Below are positions 30,050 through 40,872 of a DNA stretch of 64,000 nt, one piece after another (the stretch's first letter is position 1; each line of letters opens with the position of its first letter). Origin of the DNA: a bacterium. GTDB lineage: Bacteria > UBA8248 > JACPRG01 > G963555815. The notes under the pieces are model-generated. The model saw only the letters and a list, made by a program, of their open reading frames with translations. It did no database searches and was not told the DNA's origin. The DNA lies in the NCBI GenBank assembly GCA_965218795.1, contig OZ244653.1, forward strand, positions 3,936,001 to 4,000,000, read 5' to 3'. The position numbers and the translations under genes were made by a program.

Positions 30050-30207
30050 GGGTTTTGGGCCTGAGACGGCCTGAACTCTGGAAGAAAGGATTCATCAGCG
30101 TATCAAGGAGCGGACGCCTCCGAATGCGGGGGCGTCCGTTCCTTGTTGGAAGGCGGAGAGGCCGGGGGAGGGGACGGCTTTACCGCCCCCCGGCACGTTG
30201 TCCAGGT

Positions 30208-30521
30208 TCACATCAGCGGGATAACCAACGGGTTCCACCTCTTCAAACAGCTTGGCCGGCACATGGAACATAGCCCTTCATCGCCCTGCCCCCCTACACA
30301 GGTCCAGGTCTTCGTCAGAGATCTCACCGACGGGTTTTGGGGGTACGGCCGGCCTTCCCCTGCGTGCTTTCGACGATTTCGGTCTCCACCCCCTCAGGCG
30401 CGTCCATGCCCACTTCATTCATCGCGGACTTGGGGTCGGCTTTGAGCCTGGTCATGAAGTCCTCATCCGTCCAGGCTTTCGCGATCCGCTGACTATAGGG
30501 ATTTCCCTTTTCCTCTCCCAT
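30208..30521 (-). pseudogene. NHLP (nitrile hydratase-like leader) RiPP precursor, frameshifted
   Basis: IAKAWTDEDF..RLKADPKSA...EGVE.EIVE, then shifted PPKP.GEISDEDLD, then shifted VGG plus Cys-containing tail. Confidence 0.75.
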
Positions 30522-30695
30522 TGTTTTGCCCCATGTGTGGGTGAAGTGAAGTGGTACGATCATGCTTGAGAAATGAGTCAGGGTGTTGCGGGAGCGGGGA
30601 CGTGCCTGCGCGGGGGGCTCGACCATGCGTCCTTGCGGCGCCTCCGGGCCAGGCTTATCCAATCGGGTGACGGGACATCCCGATCAAGGTGAACC

Positions 30696-31646
30696 ATGAA
30701 TTCTGCATACGCGATCCTGGCGGCCCTCTCGGCGGGATTTTTCTTTGCCCTGGGCGATTTTTCCCTCAAAAAGGCGCTCGAGTATTCCCCTCCGACCGTG
30801 GCCATCAACGTGATGGTATGGGTCCAGTGGGTGATATTCACCATCATCTGTTGGATGTCCGGGACGTTCTCGCACCTCTCCAACCCGGCCTTTCCCTGGT
30901 TTTTGCTGACGGGGTTCCTGAATCCCGTCATGTTCCTTTTCCTCTACACCCTCGGCATTCGGCGCATTGGGTTGGTCCGTTCGGCGCCCCTGAAGGGCTT
31001 TACGCCGGTCGTCTCCGTCATTTGCGCCTTCGTGGTGCTGGGGGAACGGCTCACCGCCCTCCAGTATGTGGGGATCGCCTTGACCATCGGCGGCATCTTC
31101 GCCATCACGACCGAGGATATCCGGAGATACGCCTTCCTGACGGCTCCTGCCGCTTCCCTTCCTCGGGAAGCCGACGGGCCGTCAGCGAAAAATGCAGCAG
31201 GTCAAAGCCCGGCTTTCAGCAGGGTCGGTTACCTGTTCCCGATCCTGGCCGCGACCTCGACGGGAGTTTCCTCCGTCCTGTTCAAGATCGTATTGATATC
31301 CCTCCCCTCCCCCCTGTTAGGGGCCTGGCTCGGGGCGTCTCTGGGCGTCGTCCTTTATCCCTTCGTGGCTTTTCTGTTTCCATCCGGGGAGCGGTTCGGG
31401 CTTCGCCGGTCCGCCTGGCCCTGGCTGATCTGCGGGGGCTCGTTCATGGCCGCGGCCATTTACTCCCTGTTTGCCGCAATCCATTTCGGACAGGTGTCCG
31501 TCGTCACGACCCTCTACCAGATTTCGCCGCTCATCATTCTGGTGATGGCGGTCCTGTTTCTCCGAGAACTGGAGCGTGTGACGCCCCAGGTAGTCGCGGG
31601 GGCATTGATGACGGTCGGCGGAGGAATCCTGGTGAGTGTCTTTTGA
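30696..31646 (+). CDS. DMT/EamA family transporter
   Basis: Two repeated hydrophobic EamA halves, LGERLT, FLRELE. Confidence 0.85.
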   Translation: MNSAYAILAALSAGFFFALGDFSLKKALEYSPPTVAINVMVWVQWVIFTIICWMSGTFSHLSNPAFPWFLLTGFLNPVMFLFLYTLGIRRIGLVRSAPLKGFTPVVSVICAFVVLGERLTALQYVGIALTIGGIFAITTEDIRRYAFLTAPAASLPREADGPSAKNAAGQSPAFSRVGYLFPILAATSTGVSSVLFKIVLISLPSPLLGAWLGASLGVVLYPFVAFLFPSGERFGLRRSAWPWLICGGSFMAAAIYSLFAAIHFGQVSVVTTLYQISPLIILVMAVLFLRELERVTPQVVAGALMTVGGGILVSVF

Positions 31647-31979
31647 AGGGGATGCCCCCTTCTTTTTGGGAGAAAAAGGCAGCGCGCGGGACGTAAGAAA
31701 AAGGGGACGGCCTCAACCGACCCCGCTATCCTGTCCAGGTCTTCGTCAGGAAAATATCTTTTAAAATCCATCCCTCTGCCAATGAAGCGCCTGAATGCGT
31801 TAGGTTAGGATAATTATCTGTTTTTATTTGGTTATTTCTTTTCTTCACCCACATCCCGCCCCTTGCATTCCCGTCATGTTTGTGCTCAAATACGTGCTGA
31901 TTTGATGAAGCTCGTGTTCTATTTGATTACGGGATTATATATCGAATCACCATAGAACAACGGGAAGGATAGTCCATGC

Positions 31980-32531
31980 CCGGACGAAGCGAGGAAGCGG
32001 GCGGCGGTGGTCATCGACCGCATCAAGCGGGGGGAGGACCCCGCCCCCGCGCCGCCCGAACGGGAGCTCACGGTGGCCGAACTGTCCGAACGGTTCCTGC
32101 GCGTCCATGTCAAGGTGCATTGCAAGCCGAGCACGGCCGCTAAGTATCGGTTGGTGCTCGACAAACACATCTTGCCGGCGCTGGGCGGGATGTCAACTAG
32201 CGAGGTCGGACGAGGGGAGATTTCCGCGCTGCATCACCGGCTTCACGACACGCCGACAATGGCCAACACGGTGGTCGATATCCTGTCGAAAATGTTCTCG
32301 CTGGCCGAGGCGTGGGACCGGATACCGCCCGGACGGAACCCGTGCCGGTCGGTGCGCCGTTACAAGACGCGGTCGCGGGAGCGGTTTCTGACGCCGGAGG
32401 AGTTTAGGCGCCTGGGCCGTGTATTGAGGGATGCGGAGGCGGACGGCTCGGTGTGGCCGGCGGCGATTGCGGCGCTCCGGCTGCTGATGCTGACCGGATG
32501 CCGGAAGAGCGAGATCCTGACCCTGCGCTGA
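31980..32531 (+). pseudogene. Tyrosine recombinase/integrase fragment
   Basis: EARKRA, RNPC, RERFLT, LLMLTGCRKSEI then stop; lacks N-terminus and HxxR/Y boxes. Confidence 0.85.
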
Positions 32532-32973
32532 GATTTCATGGATCGCTTTTTCCCACGCGTTGCGGCTGTTACATAACATATTGATATTATATGTAGATAT
32601 CTGTTTCTCCATGCTTCCTGACTGACGGCTACCTGCAAAGTTCAACACTATTTCAACACGGAGATCGTGTCGTACCGAGTCGCGCTCCTGACGCCGTGTG
32701 CCGCCGCCGATCCGCCGTTTCCGCCGATTCGAGACCATTCGCCGCGCGAATCGTAGCCGTTCGGCCTCCGGCCCGGATCGCCCCGAACCCGGAAGCCCGA
32801 CCGCCGGCGGGGGCCGCAATGATGGCGTTGACCAATGCCATCGCGCTGCCGGTGCCCGTCCGTGGCCGCGAACCAATGCCGCGGGCGATCCCGTTACAGG
32901 CGGTTCACCTCCATTCCGGAACAATACCGTTTTCCCGCAGGAACTCTTCCACCAGCTCCGCAACCTGCTCTTC

Positions 32974-33342
32974 CTAGGAGGCGTAGAAGGCATGGACCGC
33001 ACCCTCGTCGCGGACATCAGTTTTCCATCTCCCGATCGAGCCGGTATACGCCGCGTCAGCGCGGCGACGACGCGTTTCGTCGTCCGTCCAGCCCGACCTC
33101 AGGAATTGCTTGAGAATCTCGTGGTGTCCGCCGTGATCGAGGCCCGGGATCTCCAGATAGCGCTCCGGCTCCGCCGCGACGCGCTCGCGCCCCTCCGGTT
33201 CTCCCCGGCGGGTATCCCTACTTCCCAGTATGCGTCGTCGTCGCACTCGTAGAGCCAAAGCACATCGCCCGTGCGCCGGTCAAGGTAAGTCCGTTGGGGA
33301 ACCGAATCCTGGTAGTCGACGTCGCGCCCGAAAGCCATCATG
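32974..33342 (-). pseudogene. UPF0158-like protein, frameshifted
   Basis: YLDRRTGDV and, in another frame, PERYLEIP..HEILKQF. Confidence 0.55.
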
Positions 33343-33383
33343 AACACCGTTCGGTCGATGGTCACGAGTCCCGGCCTCCGCCT

Positions 33384-33741
33384 CAGAACGCGTAGCGCAG
33401 GGAAAGCCGGACCCGTGGCTCGTAAGCTTCGCCCGCGTTGCGGCGAGATCGAGCAACAGCGGCTCACGGCTCCCGTCGCGCGAGACCACCCGGCCCTCGC
33501 CCCTGCCGGTGCGGACGGTGCCGAGGTCCGTGTATCGCCAGGCGAGATCGAGCATCGCGCGCTCGCCCAGCGCCGTCGCGACCCCCGCCGTCAGCATCCA
33601 GGCGAGGCCGGCCCGGCTCTCGCCCGGCACGACGGTCGTCGTCTTCGGAAAGGCATGAGGCTGGATGACGAGGGTGGACCGGACATTTCAGTATCGAACG
33701 CTCTCGAACCGCACGGTCGAGAAGGACACGGTGTTCTGGGA
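33384..33741 (-). pseudogene. Opacity-family/8-stranded outer membrane protein, 3' fragment
   Basis: AWMLTAGV..LDLAWRYTDLG..SHG; frameshifted and cut off by intron sequence. Confidence 0.6.
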
Positions 33742-34080
33742 GTGCGCCAGGCGAACTGGTGCAGTGCAGCCGGTGAGAGTCCGGCAGGAGGGAGAAGGCC
33801 AGCCACCACCTCCACCCCGAGTCATGGGCCGCCATCCGCGAGGGTGGGAGTCAAGCGTTGACAGGGGCGCGGGCGGGCGGGGCGATTGAGCACCGAAAGT
33901 AACCTGTCCGGGATGCCGAGGCCTTTCCCAGAGCCGAAGGCAGCATCCGACCCACCGATAGGGCGAGGGGGGCCGGAGTTCCGCGGTGTCAAAGAACCCA
34001 GGCACGCACGTACGCACTGCACCGGGACCTGGGAGGTCTCCATGCTATCCCGCTGTCGTGGCGGGGTCGCAAAGGAAAGG
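33742..34080 (+). mobile_element. Group II intron A, 5' portion only (domain I to start of II)
   Basis: GTGCG 5' end, CCGGTGAGAGTCCGG, AAGCGTTGACAGGG, GGGACCTGGGAGGTCTC motifs. Confidence 0.7.
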
Positions 34081-34911
34081 GTGCAGCGAGACTAGCTGCT
34101 GTGCTTGCGGGTGAGAGTCCCGCCGGCGCAATTCTCAGTTTGGCGCCGTAGTTATATCCGGCAGGCACTTGGGGCGACCCGAATGACCTGAAAGCCCGGA
34201 AGTAACAGCCTCGGGAGGCCGGGGAACCTTAGGGAACTCCAGGTCTGGTCAGCCCGGTGAGGCGAGCAAGCAGGAGGGCCGTAGCGAGAGCGAACGGACT
34301 AGACGCCGAAAATTGCGATCCGCATGAAGCTGATTCGAGCGGGGTTATCGGAGCTGCCAAGGGTTTCTCCTTTCTACTCGATGGCCAGTGCCGATACGGA
34401 AGAACTGAGGCGCACGTATCGGAGCTCCCGGCGTAAGCTGAAGGCGGCAATCCTGGAAAGTACAGCAGTGAAAGTCCGGAAGGTGTGGAGGTTGGACAGG
34501 ATGACCCTGTGAATGTCGAAGACCGTCTCTATAACCGGGCGACCTGGGAAATGAGACGGAGATCTCCACACTGGCGGATGAGGTCGCCAAGCGTTGAAGG
34601 GTGGGACAACACAACCCACCCGGAGCGAGGACCTCTAGGCACAGGTGGCGAAGCTGTGGCAGGCAACCCGCACACAGCGGCGGACGAATCGCTCTGCACA
34701 TGGTGACGCCTGAGGACGGAGTAAACGTTGGATTCGCTGAGGGGTATGGCGGGGTCGGTCTTAACCCCGGCAGTCTCGCGGAAGGCTCCGCTCCAAACTG
34801 GGAGGTGCCTGGTGCTTGAAGCCGTACCGAGGGGAAACCCGATGTACGGAATTTCAGGGGGGGCGGCTGGAAACGTGGCCTACGGGTGCGCGCACCAGTG
34901 CCCTACCCGAC
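34081..34911 (+). mobile_element. Group II intron B, ORF-less
   Basis: GTGCAG start, GCGGGTGAGAGTCCCGC, DIII-like 34596-34636, DV 34818-34855 (AGC triad, GAAA loop), DVI ending CCCTACCCGAC. Confidence 0.75.
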
Positions 34912-36111
34912 AGCAACGTCATCTCCACGACGGGCGCGAGCGGCCACGGCATCGCGGCCTACAACTACGGGACGCTGGCCGGCAGCGCCACCTCCATCAG
35001 AGTCGGGGGAAGCATCAACGGAGCGGGCTCGGGCGCGCAAGGAATCCGTGTGGGCGTCGTCAGCAACGCCGGCGTAGCACAGCGCGTCGCGCCAATCGGC
35101 GAGGACGGCTACCGCCGGCAGACGGTGACGGTCAACGGCTCGGTTACGGGCAACGCGGCGGGCGTTTTTCTGGCGGGTGGCGGTAGGGTCGTCATCGGAC
35201 CTAGGGGAAGCATCGGCGCAGCGTCGGGGATCGCCATTCTCGCTTCTGGCGACACGCCGGGGGCCAACGCAGGAGACCCGGCGATCAAGCCCAAACTCCG
35301 CGTCGACATGAACCTCGACGGCCGCCGGGTGAGGAATGTCATCGGTGACGACTGGATCATCAATGACGGAGGCGAGACCACCATCGCGGTCAACAGGATG
35401 GTGCTGCATGACGGCGAGATGGGCGTCACCGACGCGGTAGACCGCAACGGGGCGTACAACGTCTCGATCAGAGAGGACGGGCTCACAGTGACGGATCGCA
35501 CGACGGACCCGTGGACCTTTTCCGCGGGTTCGACGAGTACGGTCTCCGACCGGGACTTCTCGGCGGCGCACTTCACCGAGACTGCCGCTCCAACCTGTTC
35601 GGAAGGACAGGTTGGCACGCCGCGCAACTGCTCTAATCCGCCGTCCGTGGAGCCGGAAACGCCCATGATCATGGAGAAATACGCGCCACGCTCGGCGGTC
35701 TACGAGGCGCTGCCGGGCTTTATGCTCGGGCTCGACGCGCCGGGACTCGATGAGGAGCGCGTGACGTCGCCCGGTTCGCCCGTATGGGCGCGCATATCGG
35801 GCGGGCGCGGTTCGTACGAACCCGTTCGCGCGAGCGTGGGCGCGGAATACGACGCGAGCCGCTTCGCGGCGGAGGCGGGGCTGGACTTCTCGTTCGGCGA
35901 GAACGTCGTCGGCTCGGCCTCCGTTCGCAGCGTGCGGGGCTCGGCGGACGTGAAATCCTCCGTCGGAGGGGGGAAGATCGATGTATACGGCCTCGGCTTC
36001 TCGCTCGGATTTTCCGTGGACGGGTATGGCTTCTACGCGAAGGGGGACGTCTCGCTCACGCGCTACGACGTGAATCTTTTCTCCTCCGCACTTGGCCTTC
36101 TCCGCAAGGAC
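34912..36111 (+). pseudogene. Autotransporter / Gly-rich adhesin internal fragment
   Basis: G/A/S-rich passenger repeats, YAPRSAVYEALP linker, start of beta-barrel; bounded by intron and IS3. Confidence 0.75.
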
Positions 36112-37444
36112 TGAGGTGGTCCCACTTTTTTGGACAGGATGGCGGCTGCGTTAAGGTGTAATCCATTCGTTGATCATGCCGCCAGAGTCCTGTTTGACCC
36201 GTCTTCCTGTTTCGGTTGAGCCGGCAGAGGGGCAGGCAAGCGTTGGGGCTTGGCCTGCATCTGCGGCGGCATCCCTCTTTCGTAGGCCTCGGCCGGGGTG
36301 GAGTCCGCCAGGGCGGAGTGAGGCCTTTGGGTATCATAAAAGGCCATCCATCGGGAGATAACCCGTTGGGCTTGGAAGCCGTCGGTGAGCTCGTGCAGGT
36401 AGACGGCCTCGTACTTGAGCGAACGCCAGAGGCGCTCGATGAAGATGTTGTCCATGCACCGGCCCCTGCCGTCCATGGAGATGGCGACGCCGGCGTCTTG
36501 GAGGACATCGGTAAACTCCAGGCTGGTGAACTGGCTGCCTTGGTCGGTATTGAAGATCCGAGGCCGGCCGTAGCGCTCCAGGGCTTCAGTCAGGGCTTCG
36601 ACGCAGAAGCGGGCATCCAGGGTGTTGGACAGCCGCCAGGCGAGCACTCGGCGGGTGGCCCAGTCCATGACGGCTACCAGGTACAAGAAGCCGCGCTGGA
36701 CGGGGATGTAGGTGATATCAGCGGTCCAGACCTGATTGGGCCGGTCGATGGCGAGTCCCTTGAGAAGATAGGGATAAACCCGGTGTTCGGGATGTGGTCT
36801 GGTGGTTCTCGGCGCTTGGTAGATGGCCTGTAGGCCCATCAGCCGCATCAGCCGGCGTACCCGGTGACGACCGACACGGACTCCATCCCGCCGCAGATGA
36901 CGGACCATCTGGCGGCTGCCGTAGAACGGGTACTTCAGAAACAATTCATCGATCCGCCGCATCAACGCCAGGTTCTGCGCACTCTCGCCCTGCGGCGTGT
37001 GATACAGCGAGGATCGGCTGATGGAGAGCAAGCGGCATTGACGGCTCAAGCTGAGCTTGGGATGGTCGCGACGGATCATGGCCCTGCGTCCCTCCCGGCT
37101 CACCACTTGAGCCCTTTTGGACAAAAAATCCCGCTCCACTGTCAACTCCCCGATCTTCGCGTGCAGGTCCCGGATATCCGCCTCGTGGTCCCCTCGACTC
37201 CGCTCCCTTGGAGAATACCTCGCTCAGCCCCTCCACCGCCCGCTGCTTCCAGGCGCTCACTTGGTTCGGATGAACCTTGTGCCGCGTCGCGATCTCATGG
37301 ACCGTCTTGTCCCCGCGCAGTGCTTCCAGCGCTACCTTCGCCTTGAACTCTCCCGTGAACCGCCGTCGTGTGGTCATTGCGTATCCCTCCCTCAGTCGGT
37401 GGAATACACCTTAGCAAACTGTCTTATTTGCTGGGACCACCTCA
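36112..37444 (-). mobile_element. IS3-family insertion sequence (orfA has an extra frameshift)
   Basis: IRs TGAGGTGGTCCCA at both ends; orfA FKAKVALEAL from 37377; orfB WTADITY, FNTDQGSQF, DNIFIERLW; no target duplication. Confidence 0.9.
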
Positions 37445-37630
37445 ATCATCAAGACTTGGGAGGAGCACCTCGCTTCTTATCGGGAGCGCGAGGTGGTGTC
37501 CTACCACCGTGTCTGGTCCTATTTCTTCGATTGGGTCGGCCTTCAATACGCGGGAGTGATTGAGGACAAGCCCGGCATTCCAGCCTCCCCGATTCACGTC
37601 ACCCGGCTGGTCAAAACCATGCGGGCCCGA
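37445..37630 (+). pseudogene. ZnuA/TroA metal-binding protein internal fragment
   Basis: VVSYHRVWSYF..IEDKPGIPASP.H. Confidence 0.65.
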
Positions 37631-38056
37631 CCGGGTCTTGAGAGGCGGAACCACGGGCGCGTACCCCAGCGCCAAGGCCAGTTGGCGTGTCTCGCTGCCC
37701 TCGTATGCGCGATCCATGACCAGGGACGGGTTGCCGTGCCGCCGACCCAGGCCGTTCAGCAGCTTGCGCCTGTCCGGGCGACAGCGAGAACGTCAGGGCC
37801 GGTCGAGCACCCCGTTCCTGGACCAGCGGTTCATCCGGGTGTAGATGGTGTGCCAGTTGCCGACCCGGGTCGGCAGCCCCCGCCACTTGCAGCCATGCTC
37901 GGCGACGTACAGGATGGCGTTGAGCACTTGCAGGTTCGACAGGCTGACGTTGCCGCGTTGCACCGGCAGGGAGGGCGCAATGCGTTCGTACTGAGCTTGG
38001 GTGATCTCCATCCGCAAAGGATAACATAACCCCACCCATTAGTGCTAACAGGCCCT
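37631..38056 (-). mobile_element. IS5-family remnant, internally deleted
   Basis: NAILYVAEHGCKWRGLP..GNWHTIYTR, MDRAYEG; end AGGGCCTGTTAGCACTAA. Confidence 0.8.
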
Positions 38057-38098
38057 AGGCCCTGAACCTGGCGCGTCAACCAGTTCCGCCACTTCGGC
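38057..38098 (-). tRNA. Truncated tRNA-Leu (CAG), 5' half only
   Basis: GCCGAAG-TG-GCGGAACTGGTTGACGC-G-CCAGG-TT-CAG-GG-CCT, directly abutting the IS5 end. Confidence 0.8.
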
Positions 38099-38124
38099 AC
38101 CTGAATATCCCGGCGGGCATTTGG

Positions 38125-38153
38125 AATATAGCACCGGCGACCAAACCCGACAA
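38125..38153 (-). promoter_or_regulatory. Sigma70-like promoter of tRNA-Leu
   Basis: TTGTCG-17 bp-TATATT with TGn extension. Confidence 0.55.
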
Positions 38154-38386
38154 GACTGAGAAATCAGGAAAAAACGGGCGGGCGGCCATTGGCTGAAACT
38201 CCCCCGCGTTCCTCGGGACAGGCCCCGCCCGGCCCCTGCATTTCAGGATACACGCCGCCGGAGGAACAATATCCCCAACGCGGCGAAATCGCTGCGGCGC
38301 GTTTGAGTCGGTGGCTCTTGAGTCGATGACCCTGCCGCCGCCATGATATGCGACGCCAATAGGGTCCCCAGGTCAATGACCTGCCG

Positions 38387-38734
38387 CTAGCGGCGCTTGT
38401 CGAGGACGATATCGACCGACGTGTCGCCCACCTGAACGGGCTGTTTCGCCCGCCCTTCCAGATCCCCGGGCTGACTGCCCACCCGACCGTCCCCGTCCAG
38501 GCGGACCGTGACGTTCACGCTCCCCTGAAACGGCATCCCGCGGATCATCACGTTCGCCTCGCTCACCTCATACTTCAGCGGAAAGCCCGAATTTCTCAAC
38601 CGCCTGACGGCCAGCGGCGGACCCGCGTTGACCCCGGCGGGCCGAACAATCACGAAGATCACGCCCCCGCCCGGCGCCCGGCCGAGCGATGGGGAGACCG
38701 TGATCGTCCCCGAGATCGACTCCCCGGCGGAGGC
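38387..38734 (-). pseudogene. CcmI/CycH C-terminal domain fragment
   Basis: SISGTITVS..IFVIVR..GPPLAVRRL..FPL..M..RL..DG..PGDLEG; no start. Confidence 0.65.
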
Positions 38735-38875
38735 CTGACCGGCGGCGCGGGCGTCGATCTGATCATAGAGGTCGATTTCGGCGGGAACCTCGGCACCTCG
38801 CTGGAAATTCTCAAGAACAACGGGTCCATCGCCACGTACGCCTCGATGGGGAACGTGATCCTTGAAATTCCGTGA
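38735..38875 (+). pseudogene. NADPH:quinone reductase internal fragment
   Basis: TGGAGVDLIIEVDFGGNL...LKNNGSIATYAS. Confidence 0.6.
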
Positions 38876-38907
38876 ATTGGAGGTTTCGCTTGAACCCGTT
38901 GGTTTCG

Positions 38908-38936
38908 TTGACAGGCGGGGGTGGTCGGAATATGCT
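38908..38936 (+). promoter_or_regulatory. Sigma70 promoter of tRNA-Arg
   Basis: TTGACA-17 bp-TATGCT. Confidence 0.7.
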
Positions 38937-38956
38937 TCCCATAAAATCCGAATGCA

Positions 38957-39033
38957 GCGCGATTAGCTCAGCTGGATAGAGCGTCGGCCTCCGGAGCCGA
39001 AGGTCGCAGGTTCGAGTCCTGCATCGCGCGCCA
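38957..39033 (+). tRNA. tRNA-Arg (CCG)
   Basis: GCGCGAT/ATCGCGC acceptor, TCGGC-CT-CCG-GA-GCCGA, TTCGAGTCC, CCA; 77 nt. Confidence 0.97.
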
Positions 39034-39044
39034 TTCATGCCAAT

Positions 39045-39081
39045 CAACGACAGGGGCGGCCATCGGCCGCCCCTGTCGTTG
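39045..39081. terminator. Long hairpin between convergent tRNA-Arg and methyltransferase
   Basis: CAACGACAGGGGCGGC / GCCGCCCCTGTCGTTG perfect stem. Confidence 0.7.
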
Positions 39082-39136
39082 TTCTGAATTCATGAAAAAA
39101 CTTCAGCGGCTGAATCAATGGCCGCCGGCGCCTCCC

Positions 39137-39934
39137 TCAGGATTTTTCGATCTGAAGCATGACGTTCCGATCCGCCCAGCGGATATCTTCCGGGTCGGAG
39201 AAATTTCGATTGATGTTTTCCCTGAAAACCTCGATGGCCTCCTCCAGCTCGTCACGCCGATACAGTGAAAAAGTCGAATAGTGCCTGCTGCGCACTTGAG
39301 CCAACAGCCGGTCCAGGCTGAAGCACCGGGGATAATTGAACATCCGGGTTGCCGCGAGGTGGAGCGTGTCGGACTCATGGATTGCCTTCTGCATCTCCGA
39401 CAACTCGAAAAGGCGGGTTTCTTTCTCGGTGAACTTGGGAAAATATTTCCCCCAAACGGACTCGCCGTTTTGGCCGGGCGTCCGCGTATAGATGAAAATC
39501 CTCCCGGCCTCCCGTAGCGCGCGGCTGATGATCCGCAGAAAGGCGGGGAAATCAAAATGGTGCACCGCATTGAATGTAAAGACGGCATCGAGTGATTCTC
39601 TTTCCAGATCGAGCGTTTCAATCCGCCCGAGGAGGGTCCGGAATCTGGAGACGCCACTGCGGCCCAAGTTGATTTCCAGCTGATTGAGCATCTCCCGGTT
39701 GACGTCATTACAAGTCATTTCCATTTTCTGGAGGGCTTGAAAAAGGAGATGCGTATAACGGCCGGTTCCGCAGCCGACCTCCAGGGCCTGCACGTCGTCA
39801 CGATCAGCGAGGGCCCGCCGGATGAATTCAACCGGCTCATTGTCCGTCGTCCGGACGTCGCGGTACACCTTGGCGATGCGCGCAAAGTGTGGGTACATCT
39901 CTTGTTGATTCTTGATGACCGTATCGATACTCAT
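39137..39934 (-). CDS. Class I SAM-dependent methyltransferase
   Basis: LEVGCGTG, acidic motif II, NAVHHF. Confidence 0.88.
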   Translation of the reverse strand: MSIDTVIKNQQEMYPHFARIAKVYRDVRTTDNEPVEFIRRALADRDDVQALEVGCGTGRYTHLLFQALQKMEMTCNDVNREMLNQLEINLGRSGVSRFRTLLGRIETLDLERESLDAVFTFNAVHHFDFPAFLRIISRALREAGRIFIYTRTPGQNGESVWGKYFPKFTEKETRLFELSEMQKAIHESDTLHLAATRMFNYPRCFSLDRLLAQVRSRHYSTFSLYRRDELEEAIEVFRENINRNFSDPEDIRWADRNVMLQIEKS

Positions 39935-40724
39935 CGTCCCTTCCAAATCCAGTGTCGGCCTGGGGTGAAAATGAAAAATACAGGCCGAAAAAGAGGCCGC
40001 CGCGGGTCCGAATCGAACTGCAAGCGACGCCCCGCAGGTTCAGAATCACAAGACGGCGAACAGAAGCATATCGCGTCAGTGTCTCGTAAGTCTGGGATGA
40101 AAGAAACGGCATTTTATCAGAAGGCGAGCGGTTGGACAAGCGATTTCCCCATCAGCCGAGTACTCCCCGGTTTTGGGGCAAGCGCTCCAGGGGAGCCTTT
40201 TCGAGGTGACGCGCCTCACCGTTTTCATCGTGCTTGGGACGATGCCCCTCCGCGGTGGCAACGTGCCACCCCGATTTCGCCGCCCTTCGGGCGGCATGTA
40301 AAGGCCGCTCTTCAGCCTGTGGCGGTCAGCCCGCCAAGTCTTTTGTCGATTCTGCGAAATCCGCGTAATCTTTGGATTTTTTGTTTCCTCGACGAGTTTC
40401 GGGCGTCTTTGGATTCTCTTTACCCATCGGTAGAACCGATAACCGAAACCCAAACATTCGGCTTTCCCGGCCTGAACCCAAACGCAATTTCCTTGATTTC
40501 CAAGAACTATTTGGGTTTGTTTGGTCCTTTTTTAATGTTTACGGAGGACTTCCCGGGGGGAAATCTATCGATTATTCCGATATGCTTCTGAAGACAAAGA
40601 CACCACCACTTTGCCCCGACTTGGATCCCTTCAAAATCGTCCTCTTAACCTTCTTTTCGAGCTATTTTATATTGCAAGGAGGTCTGGACGAACGACAACC
40701 GGGGCTGCAAGTGGTGGGAAGCGC

Positions 40725-40806
40725 GATGCGGAGAGCCAGCTTGCCGAGCATCGACTGAGCGTTCTGGAGTTGGCGCGCGAACTGGGCAACGTATCGGAGG
40801 CCTGCC
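40725..40806 (+). mobile_element. IS481-family transposase 5' remnant
   Basis: RLSVLELARELGNVSEAC. Confidence 0.65.
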
Positions 40807-40872
40807 CCTGCATGTATCCGGCAGGGGCCTGTCCTCGGCTTCCTGTTGCAACCTGCCGGCTTACCCCCTCCC

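Noticed and set aside
34816-34911. ORF-track N-terminus of the 432-aa autotransporter ORF
   Set aside because: It is read-through of intron domains V/VI, not a real start.
40270-40325. Hammerhead core CTGAAGA...GAAA on the minus strand
   Set aside because: Stems I and III and the NUH site could not be assembled.
39737-40591. 284-aa plus-strand ORF
   Set aside because: Overlaps the methyltransferase antisense, atypical composition, no motifs.
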